Both the position numbers and the translations under genes were made by a program. A model generated the notes under the pieces. It saw only the letters and a program-made list of their open reading frames with translations, ran no database searches and had not been told where the DNA came from. Below, one piece after another: positions 1 through 11,416 of a DNA stretch of 64,000 nt. Position 1 is the first letter of the stretch. Each line of letters opens with the position of its first letter. Origin of the DNA: Mobula hypostoma (lineage: Eukaryota); NCBI RefSeq assembly GCF_963921235.1, contig NC_086097.1, forward strand, positions 118,360,001-118,424,000, read 5' to 3'.

Positions 1-1070
1 TTTGTACTCGTCTTCCTGCAGCCTGGAACACCTAATGATCAAGTGCTGACTATTCTACTTACTAAGAGAGTCCTCCTCTGGTATTCTGACCACAGTTTAC
101 ATTCTGTCATCAGCTGAGTGTAATCAGGCCCTTTGAGATGCTCCACTCTGCTGACGCCAAATGAGAAACAGTCCACCCCAATGTATTTCAAATCATAGTG
201 GCGGACTTCAAACATCAGCTCGCAGTCTTCTCACCACAAGGTTCCCATGTGCTGCCTCTGTCTCCTGGAACCCTCTCAGGAACGGCAGAGTGCTGCAACA
301 CCCAATTGATCTCCAAAATGCAAATCACACAGGGCTCCAACAGTTTCAGAATCACATTCAAGACAAAAAAAAAACAAACATAAAAGACATAAAAGAATTT
401 AAATATATGGTTTCATGGTCCATCCAGAAGATGTCGACTGAAGGAACGCTGTGCCTAGGTGCAATCTTGACCGGAAGAGGCATTTAGAACCCACAGAGTC
501 ATTTAGATCTGGTGACCAAGTACGATACAAGAGGGCCAGGTACAATCTCCAGAAAGCCATCTCGTGGGAGAAGTGGCAATTCGGACTAAACTTGAATCAA
601 TGAAAGATGCACGACAGCAGGGCTTAGAATGCTATTACCTGGTACAAAGTGAAATCAATCAACAGATGTGACAATAAGGCTTCACTTGCAGATGAGCACT
701 TTGACCGTGAAAACATGAAGGAGCCTTCATGAACTCCCACAGGCCCTGATGATCCTGTGATTTCAGTCTCTGAGGAGGACAATGAGAGCATCCTTTAGGA
801 GGGTGAACACATAGAAAGCATCCAGCCCCGATGGAGATGCTCTGATCAACCAGCTGGAGTGTTCTTCAAAATCCTTAACCTCTCGCTTCAGCTGTCTGAG
901 GTATCCACCTGCTTCAAGCAGGCTTCAATTATACCGGTACCTCAGAAGAGTGTGCTGACCTGCCTCAGTGACTATCATCCAGTAACCCTTACATCCACAG
1001 TGATGAAGAGCTTTGAGAAGTGCGTGATGAAACACATCAACTCCTGCCTGAGGAGCAATCTGGAGCAAAC
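1..1070 (+). mobile_element. Degraded Rex1/Babar-type LINE fragment (endonuclease to RT start)
   Basis: ORF 859-1089 contains FKQASIIPVPQKSVLTCLSDYHPVTLTSTVMKSFE, a typical Rex1 pre-RT motif; upstream sequence resembles a degraded APE domain; many stops and frameshifts. Confidence 0.75.
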
Positions 1071-1875
1071 CATTACTGTTTTGTTGTGAAGTGCTGGCAA
1101 ACGTCTTTTGAAATGTTTTCCATATCTGAAATGTTTCACAATATTACTGAAAGTAAGTCAAGTTCTTGGTTGTTTTATCGGAGTGCATTCTCTTCAAATG
1201 TTAAAGGAAACTAGAGACTTTCATTGCCTCATTTGAAAAATGTATTTCACACAACAGACACTTTGATTGCTTTTGGTTGCTTGGTGCCGGATTGAATCCA
1301 TATTTCAGATACTCCACACTATACTGTCTACACTTCTTTTTTCATTTGGTCTGCCTCCGCCTTATTGTTATGGATTAACAACAACAGTCAGTCAACTAAT
1401 GTTCTATTGTTAAGTCCAAACTCAAGTGTCGCGATCAATAAAGTGGAAAGTTATGATGTCATCATAGCTCTGGCAAAATCTGCCTCTGCCTGAAGGTACA
1501 TAAAGTGGGTCGGTGACATCTCTATTGGGCAACAGATGAGAGAACTGATGTCAAGACCATTCACAAAGGCAGAGTCAGAACTTTACCCCATTGAATTCCA
1601 TGCTCTAATTCATGTGAATTGCATCATTGTGTGATTAGAATATGGGAATTGTATCGGCTAAAACTGTACTACAGTAGTGAATGACAAGATTGCACTAGGT
1701 AATAACATGATTTCTTCAGTCTACATTTCTCATGACATGCCAAACAGAGAAGTGTCACATTGCTTTTCCACGTCTATAATGCGCTTTGAGCAAAGTCTAA
1801 GAGGTTGGTGGATTGGCAAGAGATGAGGTGATTATGTGATCATTGTAATCAATGATGAAGCACCAAGGATCAAAG

Positions 1876-3067
1876 GAGAATGTGACTAAACACATTGATG
1901 AAGAAAGAGCAGTAGATGTAGTGTATATAGATTTCAGCAAGGCATTTGATAAGGTACCCCATGCAAACCTTATTGAGAAAGTAAGGAGGCATGGGATTCA
2001 AGGGGACATTGCTTTGAAGATCCAGAATTATCTTGCCCACAGAAGGTAAAGGGTGGCTGTAGCTTGGTCATATTCTGCATCGAGGTCAGTGACCAGCGCT
2101 GTACCTCAGGGATCTGTTCTGGGACCTCTCTGCTTCATGTATTTTGTAAATGACCTGGATGAGGAAGTGGAGGGATGGGTTAGTAAACTTGCTGATGACA
2201 CAGAAGTTGAGGGTGTTGTGGATAGTGTGGAGGGCTGTCAAAGGTTACAGCGAGACATTGATAAGATGCAAAACTGGGCTGAGAAGTGGCAGAATAGAGT
2301 TCAACCCAGATAAGTGTGAAGTGGTTCATTTTGGTAGGTCAAATATGATGACAGAATATAGTACTAATGGTAAGACTCTTGGCAGTGTGGAGATTCAGAA
2401 GGATCTTGGCGTCTGAGTGCATAGATACTCAAAGCTGCTGCGCAGGTTGACACTGTGATTAAGAAGGCAGACAGTACATTGACCTTCATCAACCATGAGA
2501 TTGAGTTCAAGAGCTGAGAGGTAATGTTGCAGCGATTTAGGACCCTGGTGAGACCCCACGGAATACTGTGCTCAGTTCTGGTTGCCTCACTACAGGAAGG
2601 ATGTGGAAACCATAGAAAGGGTGCAGAGGAGATTTACAAGGATTGGCGAGCATGCCTACGAGAATAGGTTGAGTGAACTTGGCCTTTTCTTCTTGGAGCT
2701 TCGGAAGATGAGTGGTGACCTGATAGAGGTGTATAAGATGATGAGAGGTATTGATCATGTAGAGAGTCAGAGGCTTTTTCCCAGGGCTGAAATGGATAAC
2801 ATGAGAAGGCACAGTTTTAAGATACTTGGAAGTAGGAAGAGGTGGTGTCAGGGGTAAGTTTTTATACACAGAGAGTGGTGAGTGTGTGGAATGGGCTGCT
2901 GATGACGGTGGTGGAGGTGGAAAGGATAGGGTCTTTTAAGAAACTCCTGGATAGGTATCTGTAGCTTAGAGAAATAGAGGACTATGGGTAATCCTAGGTA
3001 ATTTCTAAAGTAAGAACATGTTCGGCACAGTATTGTGTTGTTGGTTTTCTACGTTTCTATCTTTCTA
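1876..3067 (+). mobile_element. 5'-truncated CR1 LINE (RT and 3' tail), degraded
   Basis: VDVVYIDFSKAFDKVPH, VPQGSVLGP, KLADDT, FNPDKCEVVHFG motifs in shifting frames; ends in a degenerate (TTCTATGT)n tail at ~3045-3067. Confidence 0.9.
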
Positions 3068-3076
3068 AGCGCTTTT

Positions 3077-3885
3077 AGTCATAGTCATAGTCATAGTCAT
3101 AGTCACAGTCATAGTCATACTTTATTGATCCTGGGGGAAATTGGTTTTCATTACAGTTGCACCATAAATAATTAAATAGTAATATGTAAATTATGCCAGG
3201 AAATAAATCCAGGACCAGCCTATTGGCTCAGGGTGTCTGACCCTCCAAGGGAGGAGTTGCAAAGTTTGATGGCCACAAGCAGGAATGACTTCCTATGACG
3301 CTCTGTATTGCATCTCGGTGGAATGAGTCTCTGGCTGAATGTACTCCTGTGCCCACCCAGTACATTATGTAGTGGATGGGAGACATTGACCAAGATGGCA
3401 TGAAACTTGGACAGCATCCTCTTTTCAGACACCATCGTCAGAGAGTCCAGTTCCATCCCTACAACATCACTGGCCTTACGAATGAGTTTGTTGATTCTGT
3501 TGGTGGCTGCTACCCTCAGCCTGCTGCCCCAGCACACAACAACAAACATGATCATACTGGCCACCACAGACTCGTAGAACATCCTCAGCATTGTCTGGCA
3601 GATGTTAAAGGACCTCAGTCTCCTCAGGAAATAGAGACGGTGCTGACCCTTCTTGTAGACAGCCTCAGTGTTCCTTGACCAGTCCAGTTTATTGTCAATT
3701 CATATCCCCAGGTATTTGTAATCCTCCACCATGTCCACACTGACCCCCTGGATGGAAACAGGGGTCACCGGTACCTTAGTTCTCCTCAGGTCTACCACCA
3801 GCTCCTTAGTCTTTTTCACATTAAGCTGCAGATAATTCTGCTCACACCATGTGACAAAGTTTCCTTCCGTAGCCCTGTACTCAGC
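3077..3885 (-). mobile_element. Rex1/Babar-type LINE 3' fragment with (TATGAC)n tail
   Basis: Minus ORFs 3700-3897 (LQLNVKKTKELVVDLRR...YKYLG) and 3220-3591 (FYESVVAS...HPLH); hexamer tail at 3077-3120. Confidence 0.85.
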
Positions 3886-4716
3886 AATAATAAGCAATTC
3901 ATTTCTTCATTAAGCCTATAATCTCTCAGCTCCTTCCCTTGCTACCAAGCGCCCACCTCACTACCCCCTTTATCTTTATCACCCCCATAGAAACTCCCAC
4001 CACGACCCCCAACCTCGGAGGTGAGATTGTCCACTTTGGGAACCACTGCTCTAGAGTAATATTCTATAATGCCTCTAGGTCGTGCTACATTGGGCATTCT
4101 ACACCCAGCATGACAAGGTCATGAAGATGGCCAAGCACAGCTGTCAATAATCTGAAAACCTAAAACTCCTAATTTCAATGGAATATATTAAGTTGAGTTT
4201 TTTTTCTGTGAATTTAAACCTCAGCTATATGCTTTATAACTGACAGCATGAACAATACATGTTTGGCCTTTCCATTTCCTAGGTAGCCTCAACCAGATCT
4301 TTCCAAATATTATTGGAGTGCCTATATCAATGTATCATTCTCAATATGACCCTGAGATTCTAAAGGTCTTCTGCTTTGCTGCCCCATATGTTCTGTAATG
4401 CATAGCCCGAATCTGATTGCATCGTAGTCTGCCTGGTATGGAAGCGGAAAAGCCTGCAAAAACCGGTGAACATTCATCACAGGCAAACAGTCACACACAT
4501 TGAACACATGTACAGGGCTAGGTAGATGCTGCCACAAGAAAGCAGCATCCATCATCAAGAACGACCACCATCCTGGCTGTACTCTTTTCTCGCTGCAGCG
4601 TTGGGAAGGAGGTACAGGACATTCCGGAACAGTTATCACCCTTCAGCTATTAGACTCCTGAAGCAGCATGGATAAGTTCACTCACCTCAATGCTGAACTG
4701 ATTCTACAACCCATAG

Positions 4717-6052
4717 CAACACACATAAAATGCTGGAGGATCTCAGCAGGCCAGACAACAGATATGGAAAAGAGTTCAGTAGACATTTTGGGCCAAGACC
4801 CTTCAGCAGGACTGGAGAAAAAAAGGCGAGGAGCAGATTTAACAGTTGGGGGAGGGGAGGGAGAAACACAAGGTGATAGGTGAAACTAGGAGGAGGGGGG
4901 TGAAGTAAATAGTTGGGAAGTCAATTGGTTAAAGAGATACAGGGCTGGAGAAGGAGGAATCTAATTGGAGAGGACAGAAAGCCATGGAAGAAAGAAAAGT
5001 GCTGAGGAGCACCACAGGGAGGTGATAAGCAGGCAACGAGATAAGGTGAGAGAGGAAAAAAGGGTTGGAGAATGATGAAGGAGAAGGGAGCAATCACTGG
5101 ACATTCGAGAAATCGATGTGCATACCATCAGGTTGGAAGACCCTTCTCTACTGTCACAAAAAGGCTACATTCAGGTTGGAAAAACAACATCTTTCTGTTT
5201 TAATATTTTTATTAATTTTCAAGTTCATAAACAAAATAACAATAGTGATACAAAGAGATTGGAATTACCTTATTGTTAATAAACATGTACAAAAAAGAAT
5301 TCAAATAGTACAGATGTAATAGACTTCCAAACTCTTGATACAATTATTCATGAAGAAAAAAGAAATAAAAAGAAAAAGGATATTGCAAAGAAACATCCCC
5401 CCCCAAAAAAAACAAAAAACTAGAACTAATTGCTAAACTCCAAAAAAAGCAAACAGAACAAAACAAGGTTGAACCAATATCTTAAATCGAATGCATTCAA
5501 TAATGTTGTCAACTCCACTCCTCTATTCATATATTCTATGTTAATAAAAAGGAAGAACAACATCTTATATTCCATTTGGGTAGCCTCCAACCTGATGGCA
5601 TGAACATCGATTTCTCGAATTACTGGTAATCCGCTCCTCTCTCTTCACCATTCCCTATCCCTTTTCCCCTCTTTCAACTTATCTATTTGCCTGCCAAATG
5701 CCTTCCTCTGGTGCTCCTCCCCCTTTTTTTCTTCCATGCCTTCTGTCCTCTCCTATCCGATTCTGCCTACTCCAGTCCTGTATCTATTTCACCGATCGAC
5801 TTCCTAGCTCTTTACTTCACCACTCCCTGTCCCAACTTCACCTATCACCTTGCGTTTCCCTTGCCACTCCCCCCACCTTTTGAATCTACTCCTCATCTTT
5901 TTTTCTTTCCAGTCCTGAAGAAGGGTCTCGCTCATAACATCGACTGTACTCTTTTCCATAGATGCTAGCTGGCCTGATGAGTTCTTTCAGCATTTTGTGT
6001 GTTTGGCTTGGATTTCCAGCATCTGCAGATTTTCTCTTGCTTGTGATTGGAG
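4717..6052. mobile_element. Penelope-like element remnant with inverted arms (antisense 4717-5143; sense 5144-6052)
   Basis: Sense part translates LLYCHKKATFRLEKQHL / EEQHLIFHLGSLQPDGMNIDFSNYW*, resembling the C-terminus of a PLE GIY-YIG endonuclease; left arm is the reverse complement of ~5578-6005; degenerate hammerhead motifs in both arms; possible degenerate TSD ctacaacccatag (4704-4716) / ccacaatctatag (6053-6065). Confidence 0.75.
5194..5550 (-). mobile_element. Short retroposed 3' fragment (probably L1-like) inserted in the Penelope remnant
   Basis: 16-bp TSD ggaaaaacaacatctt (5178-5193) / ggaagaacaacatctt (5551-5566); T-rich start with TTTATT, i.e. a minus-strand poly(A) signal; family assignment tentative. 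Confidence 0.55.
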
Positions 6053-8141
6053 CCACAATCTATAGACTCACTTTCTTGTGCTCTAAAACTGATGCCCACA
6101 GTTTGGTTGGTTGGTTGGTTTGTTTGTTTGTTTGTTTATTTATTTGCCTGTTTGTTTGTTTGTTTGTTTATTTATTTGTTTTTTGTATTTGCACAGATTG
6201 TTTTCCTTTGAATATTGGTTGGTTTTTCAGTCTTTGTGTGCAGTTTTCATTGATGATATTACATTTCTTCTTTCTGCTGTGAATGCCTGAAAAAATGAAT
6301 CTCAGGGTAGGATATGGTGATATATACATCCCTGGATGGATAATAAATTTGCTTTGAAGTTTGAACTTTGAAACATACATGGTGTGTGCCACTCAATCTT
6401 TGGCTGTGTTTTCCCTATTCTGGTTTCCAAATTCCAATGCTCTATCTCCAGCCATATCATGAAACCCATCTAAAGAACATTCCTTATGCTGGGACAACTA
6501 ATTCTCAGCCTCAAGCGGCAAATCTTCGAGTCACTAATTGGTTTATTATTGTCGTATGTACTGAAATATGGAAGAAAAAATTCATTTTGTGTGTCATCCA
6601 GTAAGATAATTTCAAAATATAAATACATTGAGGTAGAAACAATGTATAAACAATAACAGAATGTGCCGGTAGATAATATCTTAAAAATGATCAGGCCATG
6701 ACAAGTAGGTGAGATCAAGAGTTCGCCTTTATTGTACAAGAGGTCTATTCAGTAGCCTATAACAGCAGGACAGAAGCTGTCCTTGAAGCTGGTGTGGTAT
6801 GTTTTCAAACTCTTGTATCATTTGCCTGATGGAAGGAGAAAGAAGAGAAATTGACCATGATGGGAGGGAACTTTGATCATATTTGCCACTTTTCCAAGGT
6901 ATCAGAGGTGAAGGCAGAGTCCATGGAAGGGTGGCTGGCTTGACCTATGTAAATTGATAAATTGGTTTATTATTGTCACACACACTGAAAATCAGTGAAA
7001 AATGTTGTTAAATAAATTCTCTCCTCTGTGAGAATTTCTCTTGACTGAACTCCACAGTGAAGAACTTTGCCTTTCCCCTCTGCCTAATAGTCCGAGAAAG
7101 CCAGTGATCTTAAAATAGCCTCCAATCAGTCACTCCTCCACTACCATTCTCTTTGCCTGTCTATTTCTGCTTGCCTTTTTTTCTAACACCCACCATGCAT
7201 CTTCACCCTGGAGGAGGACATATTTTATTTATGTTCTTAACTCAGGGATGACAACAAAACCAACGTATCAGTTTAAAATATATTAAAAAGTGCTACTGAT
7301 CTGTGAAATCTGAAACAATACCTGAAACTACTGGATAAACCAGGTCAGGCAGCATCAGGGTTAATGTTTCAAATCAGAGTCTCTTTTTTAGAACTTCATC
7401 AGGTGCAGGCTTTCAGAAGTGAAGTATTAACTGTGATTTTTTTTTCATAGATGTGCTTAACCTGCTGAGAGTCTCCAACAGTCTCTGGTTTTATTCCATT
7501 AGTTAGTTTGCTTCTCAGTTCAAATTTAAGTTTTTATGAGCTCCCTCTCTAAAATCACATAAAATAGACCAGTAAACACGAGGAATGCTCAGCTGGATAG
7601 GTAGCATCAATGGAGGGAAAAGAAGAAATAATGTTTTTGGCTGATGTCTTTGTCAGTACGTGCAAAGGCTGGATCTCTCAGGCAAACATAGAAGTCTACA
7701 GCTCTAAGGGACCAGAGTGATCAAATTAAAAAGAAAAGAATGAAGCAACATTAGTGATAAATAAAGGAAAAAATTACAAATTTGAATGAGGTGTAAAAGA
7801 AAAAAGTAATTGATTATCAATAAGCATTATCCAAAAGGTGAGAAAAACGGTTACATACTAAAACTAGTAAAACTGATAAAATATCAAGTCCTCAAAATTA
7901 TAAAGTGTGTCAAATACACTCAACAGCCACTTTACTAGGTACACCTGTATACCTGCTCATTATTGCAAATACTGAATGAACCAATCTTGTGGCAACAACT
8001 CAACACACAAAAGCCTGCAAGATGTGGTCAAGATGTTCAGTTGTTATTCAGAAAAAAAATCAGAATGAGGAAGAAATGTGATCTAAGTTACTTTGACTGT
8101 GGAATGATTCCTGCGATCTCCCGGGATTTTCACGCACAACC

Positions 8142-9567
8142 AAAAGGAGGGAGAGAGAAACCGGGGAATTATAGACCGGTTAGCCTAACGTCGGTGGTGG
8201 GGAAACTGCTGGAGTCAGTTATCAAGGATGTGATAACAGCACATTTGGAAAGCGGTGAAATGATCGGACAAAGTCAGCATGGATTTGTGAAAGGAAAATC
8301 ATGTCTGACGAATCTCATAGAATTTTTTGAGGATGTAACTAGTAGAGTGGATAGGGGAGAACCAGTGGATGTGGTATATTTGGATTTTCAAAAGGCTTTT
8401 GACAAGGTCCCACACAGGAGATTAGTGTGCAAACTTAAAGCACACGGTATTGGGGGTAAGGTATTGGTGTGGGTGGAGAATTGGTTAGCAGACAGGAAGC
8501 AAAGAGTGGGAATAAACGGGACCTTTTCAGAATGGCAGGCGGTGACTAGTGGGGTACCGCAAGGCTCAGTGCTGGGACCCCAGTTGTTTACAATATATAT
8601 TAATGACTTGGATGAGGGAATTAAATGCAGCATCTCCAAGTTTGCGGATGACACGAAGCTGGGTGGCAGTGTTAGCAGTGAGGAGGATGCTAAGAGGATG
8701 CAGGGTGACTTGGATAGGTTGGGTGAGTGGGCAAACTCATGGCAGATGCAATTTAATGTGGATAAATGTGAAGTTATCCACTTTGGTGGCAAAAATAGGA
8801 AAACAGATTATTATCTGAATGGTGGCCGATTAGGAAAAGGGGAGGTGCAACGAGACCTGGGTGTCATTATACACCAGTCATTGAAAGTGGGCATGCAGGT
8901 ACAGCAGGCGGTGAAAAAGGCGAACGGTATGCTGGCATTTATAGCGAGAGGATTCGAGTACAGGAGCAGGGAGGTACTACTGCAGTTGTACAAGGCCTTG
9001 GTGAGACCACACCTGGAGTATTGTGTGCAGTTTTGGTCCCCTAATCTGAGGAAAGACATCCTTGCCATAGAGGGAGTACAAAGAAGGTTCACCAGATTGA
9101 TTCCTGGGATGGCAGGTCTTTCATATGAAGAAAGACTGGATGAACTGGGCTTGTACTCGTTGGAATTTAGAAGATTGAGGGGGGATCTGATTGAAACGTA
9201 TAAGATCCTAAAGGGATTGGACAGGCTAGATGCGGGAAGATTGTTCCCGATGTTGGGGAGGTCTAGAACGAGGGGTCACAGTTTGAGGATAGAGGGGAAG
9301 CCTTTTAGGACCGAGGTTAGGAAAAACTTCTTCACACAGAGAGTGGTGAATCTGTGGAATTCTCTGCCACAGCAAACTGTTGAGGCCAGTTCATTAGCTA
9401 TGTTTAAAAGGAAGTTAGATATGGCCCTTGTGGCTACAGGGGTCACGGGGTATGGAGGGAAGGCTGGGTTCTGAGTTGGATGATCAGCCATGATCATAAT
9501 AAATGGCGGTGCAGGCTCGAAGGGCCGAATGGCCTACTCCTGCACCTATTTTCTATGTTTCTATGTT
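8142..9567 (+). mobile_element. Young 5'-truncated CR1 LINE with an uninterrupted RT frame
   Basis: NYRPVSLTS, QHGF, LDFQKAFDKVPH, GVPQGSVLGP, KFADDTK with no stops to 9474; (TTCTATGT)n tail; possible 4-bp TSD aacc (8138-8141 / 9568-9571). Confidence 0.95.
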
Positions 9568-9600
9568 AACCGTCACTGGACTTTACAGAGCATGTTGTGA

Positions 9601-11416
9601 ACTTTGGAAGCTGCTGAGAGTCAGATCAGAGGCATTCTGGAGATCAAGAATGCTACAAGAGATGCAGGTATGATTGCTGGAGATTCCAGACTAGACTGGA
9701 ATCAATGAGGGACAGAGTTTTAATGTCATCTCCATCAAAGCTAAATCTTGTTTCAAAGGGGAAAACAGAGCTTTGCTTCCAGATGAGCTCAATGCTTTCT
9801 ATGCTCACTTTGACCACCAGAACAGGAGGAACCATTGTGTACCCCCATGTTTCCCAATGATCCTTTGGTCTCAGTATCTGAAGATGATGTTCGGGTTGCC
9901 TTCAAGAAAATGAATCCAAGGAAAGCATCTGGTCTGGACAGAGCACCTGGCCGAGTACTGAAGACCTGTGCCTACCAACTGACTAGTATATTTATTGCTC
10001 CCTCAATCTCTCGCTCTGGCAATGTGTGGTATCCACTTGCTTCAAGTAAGTTTCAATCATGCTGATGCCCAAGAAGAGTGGTAACCTGTCTCAATGACTA
10101 TTGCCCAGTGGCACTTACATCCACAGTGATGAAGGGTTTTGAGAAGTTGGTGTTGAAGCATATCAGCTCCTCTCTGAATAGTGACGTGGATCTTCGCTAA
10201 ATCGATGAATGAAGTAACAGATGCTATCTCGTTGGCTCTTCACTCAACCCTGGAACATCTGGAGAGCAAAGATGCATACATCAGGATGCTCTTTATGGAT
10301 TACAGCTTGGCACTTAACACCATCATCCCCTCGAAACTAATCAGTAAATTCCAAGACCAGGGCCTTAATACCCCCTTGTGCAATTGGATCCTCGATTTCC
10401 TCACTTGCAGACCCCAGTCAGTTCCGATTGGCAAAATACCCTCCTTGACAATCTCCATCAGCGCAGGAGCACCGCAGGGGTGTGTACTTAGGCCCCTACT
10501 CTACTAGCTTTACATATGTTACTGTGGGTCTAAGAACAGCTCCACCATCATATACAAGTTTACTGACAACACCATTATTGGTGGCTGTATCAAAGGTGAT
10601 AGTGAATCAGCATATAAGAAGGTGATTGAAAACTTGGCTGAGTGATGTAGTTAAAACAAGCTCTCACTCAGTGTTAGTAAGAGCAAGGAACTAATTGTAA
10701 GCTTCAGGAGAGGGAAACCAGAGCCAGTAATCATCAAAGGAACAGAGGTGGAGAGGGTCAGTAAATTTAAATTCTCGGGTGTTACTATCTCAGAGGATCT
10801 GTCCTGGACCCATGATAAAAATATTATTGTGAAGAAAGCATGACAGCGCATCTACATCCTCAGAAGCCTATGGAGGTTCAGCTTGTCATTGAAAACCTTG
10901 GAAAAACTTCTATAGATGTTTTGTGGAAAGTGCGCTGACTGGCTAAATTACGGCCTGGTATGGGAACACCAATGGCTTTGAATGGAAAAGGTAGTGGATT
11001 CGGCCCAATACACTATGGGTAAAGACATCCCAACCATTGAGGACACCTTTATGAAACGTTGCATAGACAAACAGCATCAGTCATAAATCCACACCACCCG
11101 GACCAAGCTCTTTTCTCACTGCTGCCATCACAGAAGACACAGGACTCACGCCACCAGGTTCAAGACAGTTACTACCCCTCAACAAACTGGCTCTTGAACA
11201 AAAGGGGGTAGCTACACTCATTTAAGGACTCTGTTATATTGTTATTTCAAGCTTGTTATTTATTGCTATTTATTTATATCTGCATTTGCACAGTTTGTTT
11301 ACAGTTTACAGTTATTGTTCTCCAGATTTGCTAAGTATGCCCACAGAAAAAGAATCTCAGGATTGTGTGCGGCAACTTGTATGTACTCTGATAATAAATT
11401 TTTACTTTGAACTTTG
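9601..11416 (+). mobile_element. Degraded Rex1/Babar LINE
   Basis: [37 protein letters not shown] motifs; AATAAA plus (ACTTTGA)n tail at ~11393-11416. Confidence 0.85.

Larger units (their letters stand above)
4395..6372 (+). mobile_element. Rex1-type LINE 3' relic split by a Penelope-derived insertion; contains a (TTTG)n microsatellite at ~6100-6182
   Basis: Rex-like 3' sequence (gcagcatccatcatcaag..., cacctcaa..ctgaactgatt) resumes after 6052 and ends in AATAAA plus a (CTTTGAA)n-like tail at ~6342-6372. Confidence 0.6.

Noticed and set aside
7963..9474. 503-aa ORF as a host gene
   Set aside because: It is a CR1 RT fragment joined by insertion to Tc1-derived sequence; the listed start is a TTG codon
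8388..9497. Antisense ORFs over CR1, Tc1, hAT and Gypsy sequences (here and elsewhere)
   Set aside because: Shadow frames of TE coding sequence
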